DNA from: an uncultured bacterium
Lineage (GTDB): Bacteria > Verrucomicrobiota > Verrucomicrobiia > Limisphaerales > UBA8199
Length of the DNA: 64,000 bases
Direction: 5' to 3'
Assembly: GCA_963749495.1 (NCBI GenBank)
Contig: CAVVMW010000001.1
Coordinates: 224,001-288,000 of the forward strand
Numbering within the stretch: the first letter of the stretch is position 1; each line of letters starts with the position of its first letter. The notes beneath the pieces were generated by a model, which saw nothing but the letters and a program-made list of their open reading frames with translations, was not told where the DNA came from and searched no databases. Positions 60,131 through 64,000 of the stretch are shown here, piece after piece. The position numbers were made by a program, and so were the translations under genes.

Positions 60131-61728
60131 ACCGCTCGATCCTCATCGTCATCTGCGATTTCCTCCTGGTGAGCCTCCTGGTCTTCGGCACCGTGGACAT
60201 CAACAAGGTGTCGGAGCAGGGGCCCCACGAGATGAAGCTGCAGTTCCCGACCAACCAGGTTGACACCTCCAGGGACCTGACGGCGCTCATGCGGATGGCC
60301 CTGGACGAAGAGCGCCGCAATCGCGACCAGTTGAGAATCGAACTGGATACGGCCCGCGACACCCTCTCCAACCAGCAGGCGCGCCTGACCCGCAGCGAGA
60401 GGCAGGTCCAGAGCGTCCGGCAGGAGTTGACCGACCGCGACAAGCAGCTCCAGACGGCGCAAGACGAGCTGGCCCAGCGCGAGGCGCAGCTCCGGGCCTC
60501 CCAGCAGGAGTTGAGCGCGCGCGATCAGCGTCTCCAGGCCTCCCAGCAGGAACTGGCCGAGCGCGACAAAAAGGTCCAGGCCGTTCAGCAACAACTGGCC
60601 TCCCGCGAGCAGGAGGCCCAGCGCCTGGCCCAGCAACAGTTCGCCTTGCAAGCGCAGTTGGCCGACGCCCAATCCAATCTCACCAACCTCAACCAGCAAC
60701 TCCACGACAGCACCGTCCAGTCGCTCATCTCCGGCGAAAAGCTCGCCGCCCTGGAGGACCTGGTCGCCCGCCAGACCGGCCAGTCGTCCAACCTCCAGCA
60801 GCAACTGAGCCAGTTGGTCAAGAGCAACGAGGTGGTCGTGGCCGAAAAGCAGCGCCTGGGCGGCCAACTCCAGTTGGCCGAAACCGAAAAACGCTTTGCC
60901 GCCGAGGCGGTCGCCCACATGCAGGATGAAGTCAAGGTCGAGCGCGAGGAAAAGACCCGGCTGGCCGAGGGGGTCAAGGACCTGGCCGTCAAGTCCGGCA
61001 ACCTGGCCCGCGAGGTCCGCGAGGGCCGCGGCATGGTCCCCAACGGCATCTTCTTCGAGTTCATCACCAACCGCGTCCAGGCCCGCTTCAATGGCGTTCG
61101 CTCCAAGTTCTTCGGCGAGACCACCAAGAACCGCGACACCGAGACGGTCCTGGTCACCGACGGCTCCAGCGCCTACGCCCTGTGCCACGTACACGACACC
61201 CCGTTGACCCTCTGGGAGCCCGGCACCGATTGGGAGGGCCTGACCGGCACCCTCAGCCGCAACCTGGCCACCTGCCCCATCCCCTCACTCTCCTTTTGCC
61301 TGATCGACCCCCGCGTGGTCCTCATCCCCGTCACCCCCGAGGAGGTCCGCCGGCTCGGCTGCAAAGTCTATCGCGTCTCCGCCGAGCCTTACAAATTCCA
61401 GGATGCCGTCCTGGTCGGCACCCGCGCGGATTATTACGGCGAGTGCCGCTTCCAGATCGATTTGTCCACGCCCGAATATGTGAAGCTGGACCGCAACTTT
61501 CTCAAGGGCCTCATCGGCAAGTTCAATCCCTCGCGCGGCAACCTGGTCTTTAGCAAGACAGGCGAGCTGCTCGGCATCATGGCCAACAGCACCTATTGCG
61601 TCATGCTCCGCAGCTTCACCACCGAGGCCAGCTTCCAATGCGGCGAGGACATCCGCGCCCAGCACACCGGCGCCACCCTGTCCGCTCTCTACTCCCACCT
61701 CATGACCATGCCCTTTAAGCTCCAGTAG
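60127..61728 (+). CDS. ExbD/MotB-like anchor + coiled coil + trypsin-like domain protein
   Basis: MNRSILIVICDFLLVSLL (TM Asp); long Q/E/R heptads; PSRGNLVFSKTGELLGI; ATGA coupling. Confidence 0.65.
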   Translation: MNRSILIVICDFLLVSLLVFGTVDINKVSEQGPHEMKLQFPTNQVDTSRDLTALMRMALDEERRNRDQLRIELDTARDTLSNQQARLTRSERQVQSVRQELTDRDKQLQTAQDELAQREAQLRASQQELSARDQRLQASQQELAERDKKVQAVQQQLASREQEAQRLAQQQFALQAQLADAQSNLTNLNQQLHDSTVQSLISGEKLAALEDLVARQTGQSSNLQQQLSQLVKSNEVVVAEKQRLGGQLQLAETEKRFAAEAVAHMQDEVKVEREEKTRLAEGVKDLAVKSGNLAREVREGRGMVPNGIFFEFITNRVQARFNGVRSKFFGETTKNRDTETVLVTDGSSAYALCHVHDTPLTLWEPGTDWEGLTGTLSRNLATCPIPSLSFCLIDPRVVLIPVTPEEVRRLGCKVYRVSAEPYKFQDAVLVGTRADYYGECRFQIDLSTPEYVKLDRNFLKGLIGKFNPSRGNLVFSKTGELLGIMANSTYCVMLRSFTTEASFQCGEDIRAQHTGATLSALYSHLMTMPFKLQ

Positions 61729-62072
61729 CGGGGCAGAGGACTGTGTCCCTCTGAAAGTCCTTGAACCGGATGTCCCAGATAAAGGTGCCGAAGGCCTCGA
61801 TGGCATCCACCTCGTCGCGCTGGGTGCGGATGAACCGGAGGCGGAGGTTCTCGTAGGACTCCGGCGGGAACCGCAATTGTCCGTCTGCGGTGTCGTAATC
61901 CCCGGTGTTTTTGAAGGTCTCGAACCGGCAATCGCGCAGCGGGACGGTCCCGCGCGCGAAGGGTTTGTCCTGGCTGCGCAACGGGGTTGGGGCCGGCACG
62001 GGGGCATCGGCCCCCGTGACCCCGCCCACCGAGGCCAGCAGCCGCTGCAAATGCCAGCGCCACAACTCTCAT
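61715..62072 (-). CDS. small hypothetical exported protein (probable frameshift near 62025)
   Basis: MRVVALAFAAAAG signal-like start continues in ORF 61715-62065. Confidence 0.45.
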
Positions 62073-62134
62073 CCGCCGCCCGCGCTCTGTCAAACGGGCG
62101 CATCCCCCCGAAATTGGCCCCTCAACCACGCCGG

Positions 62135-63007
62135 TCAGCGAGTCAGCCGGTCCGCGTGAGGCTGATGGTCGTTGTTCCAGCGCGCCAGGCCCAGATCGGT
62201 TTTTTCGAACAGCTCGGCATCAGCGAGCCGTTCGATGTGCTCGTCGCAGAAGACCACGTTGAACCGGCCCCGGTGCCGTTGCTGCTGGGCCCGCACGATG
62301 CCGGCGCTGGCTCCGAAACCGGGGTTCTCGTTCATGTCGCGCGAGCTGATGTCCAGCCGGGCGTAGCCGCTGTAGCTCAGCGGGCCCGTAATGTCATAGT
62401 AGGTCTCGAGCATCGCCGGAGGCACCCACATGAGGTTGGCATCCCCGAGTTGGATCATGTCCGCTGGCACAACGACGGCGGAGTCCTTTATCGCCTGGAT
62501 GGAATTGGTGTCGGCGGGATCGGTCAGGTAGCCGCCCAGCCCCAATGGGCTCAGGCCGAACTGCACCCCGTTGGCGTTGTAACCGTAGCTGCCCAGCGGC
62601 ACGGCCAGCGTGTTGCCGGCAAGGGTCAGCCCCCGGTAAGAGGGGCATCGGTAGAGGTCGTTGGTCCAGTCCTGCTTGACGTAGCCAATGAGGTGGGTCA
62701 ACCAGAATCCCAGGTTAATGATGCCTCCATTTTGGTCAAAGGAGAAAACCGGGTAGGCCTGTGTGTCCTCGACGTACATGCGCATGCCAAGGCCAATCTG
62801 GCGCAGGTTGGTCTCGCAACGTGCCGTGCGCCCCGCCTCTTTGGCGGCGGACAAGGCGGGCAGGAGCAACGCCGCCAGGATGGCGATGACCGCAATCACC
62901 ACCAGCAACTCGATCAAAGTAAAGGCCCGCCCGCCCCCTGCCGCTGCGCCGCCGCCCCCGGGCGGGGCCGCGCCGTGCCGCTCCATTGAGGCAGGAGTGC
63001 CCCGCAT
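62135..63007 (-). CDS. prepilin-type N-methylation / DUF1559 (H-X9-DG) family protein
   Basis: [49 protein letters not shown]. Confidence 0.9.
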   Translation of the reverse strand: MRGTPASMERHGAAPPGGGGAAAGGGRAFTLIELLVVIAVIAILAALLLPALSAAKEAGRTARCETNLRQIGLGMRMYVEDTQAYPVFSFDQNGGIINLGFWLTHLIGYVKQDWTNDLYRCPSYRGLTLAGNTLAVPLGSYGYNANGVQFGLSPLGLGGYLTDPADTNSIQAIKDSAVVVPADMIQLGDANLMWVPPAMLETYYDITGPLSYSGYARLDISSRDMNENPGFGASAGIVRAQQQRHRGRFNVVFCDEHIERLADAELFEKTDLGLARWNNDHQPHADRLTR

Positions 63008-63017
63008 GTTTGCCGCC

Positions 63018-64000
63018 TCACTTTCCGAGGGTGCCAACCACCCGATAATAGCGCACCGGCGCAGCCGCCGTGGCTGCTCCCAGGTCCAGCATAAAGTTGT
63101 TGGTGGTGGAGCCTAGGGTCTGCCAGTTGAGCGGGCTGCCAAGACTGGCGGCATAATCTACACGGTAAGAGCTGACGCCCGCCAGCGCAGTCCACTGCAG
63201 CACGGCTACGGGTTTGGCCAGAGTGATCGTGAAACCCTGGATCGTGGGCGCGGGCGGCGGGTTCGTGGTGGCCCCCGGATGGTTGGCCTGGAACATGCGC
63301 AGCAGGGCGGTTGCACCCCCAGGCAGGTTGTCCGGCGGTTGGGAGCCGTCCGAACGGCGACGTGGAGGTGATCTGGGCGACGATGCCGTAGTTGGGCGCC
63401 AGCCAGTAGTAGTTGAGCACGTACCTGCGTGCCGGCGCTCATGTAACCCTCCCCCAGGCCCAGGTCGATGCCCACGTCATATTCCACCATCTCGTGGACT
63501 CGCAAGCACTCCACGGAACCTATGTTCGGCAACTTGATCGTCCCATAGGCGTCCACGGTGCCGGTCAACGTGTAGGTCAGTTGGTCGGGAAAATCCCCGT
63601 ACCCTGCGAAGGAATAGACCGAACTGAACACCGTGGATCCCGGCCAGGAGTCGCCGTAATGTATCGCATTCGGGAAATCCTGCAGCGCGTTGGTGAACAC
63701 CGATTCGGGCTGGGCCGAACTGAAGGTGGGGTCGTAGAAGCCGTAGTCGAGCCGCCCTTTGACGGGGTCTTGCGTGAAATAAAGCCACGATTCAACGCTG
63801 GGGTCGGCCTCGTCGGTTTTCTGCTCGGCAATCTGCGCCCCGACAGCCACGAAGTCGTCGCCGTAGGGCGTCTTGTCCGCTGTCACGTAATCGAAGCGGT
63901 AGGTCACGTCCTGCGGCCCGGCGCTGAAGTCCCAGGTCTGGGGTCCGCCGGTCGTCCCGAGCATGCTGGAGACCTGCACAGTGTTGCTGCTGTTGTTGCA
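63018..64000 (-). CDS. secreted hypothetical protein with Verrucomicrobia-type C-terminal domain (partial, frameshifted)
   Basis: [28 protein letters not shown]-terminal LQW..YRV..W..RYYRV across three frames. Confidence 0.65.

Noticed and set aside
12460..63430. Programmed frameshifting or mass pseudogenisation (indels near 12470, 13790, 18478, 28875, 43508, 54247, 54376, 55587, 56833, 62025, 63360, 63420)
   Set aside because: Single-base indels in short G/C runs (three at GGGCTC) with both halves intact and no slippery motifs; most likely long-read errors. Read polishing would decide.

Overview
GC-rich bacterial DNA, most likely Verrucomicrobiota (Pedosphaera/Limisphaera-like). This is inferred from the PEP-CTERM protein, the 'VYSLNVVGYVN' secreted family, the DUF1559-type prepilin and the palindromic repeat families. 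Many single-base frameshifts in otherwise intact genes suggest an unpolished long-read assembly. In order, the window holds: a PIN/RHH toxin-antitoxin pair; an SDR-epimerase-FadL unit followed by a PhcB-like methyltransferase and three kinase/receiver genes (a phcBSR-like quorum-sensing cassette); eda; a repeat-rich region with an IS200-type transposase stub; tRNA-Thr(CGT); cydAB; an HNH nuclease; a four-helix-bundle gene enclosed by two inverted heptamer arrays; an approximately 20 kb type II FAS/PKS lipid cluster with B12 radical SAM enzymes ending at tRNA-Glu(CTC); a PEP-CTERM protein and a secreted protein; two tandem spermidine-synthase-like membrane paralogs carrying in-frame heptamer arrays; a polyol catabolic operon; an ExbB/ExbD-like motor pair whose second subunit has a coiled coil and a trypsin-like domain; and a prepilin-like gene. 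The best candidates for an undescribed system are the four-helix-bundle/inverted-heptamer element with its window-wide heptamer arrays, the FadL-linked phc-like cassette, the lipid cluster and the motor-protease pair. All assignments come from motif recognition by eye; no searches were run.
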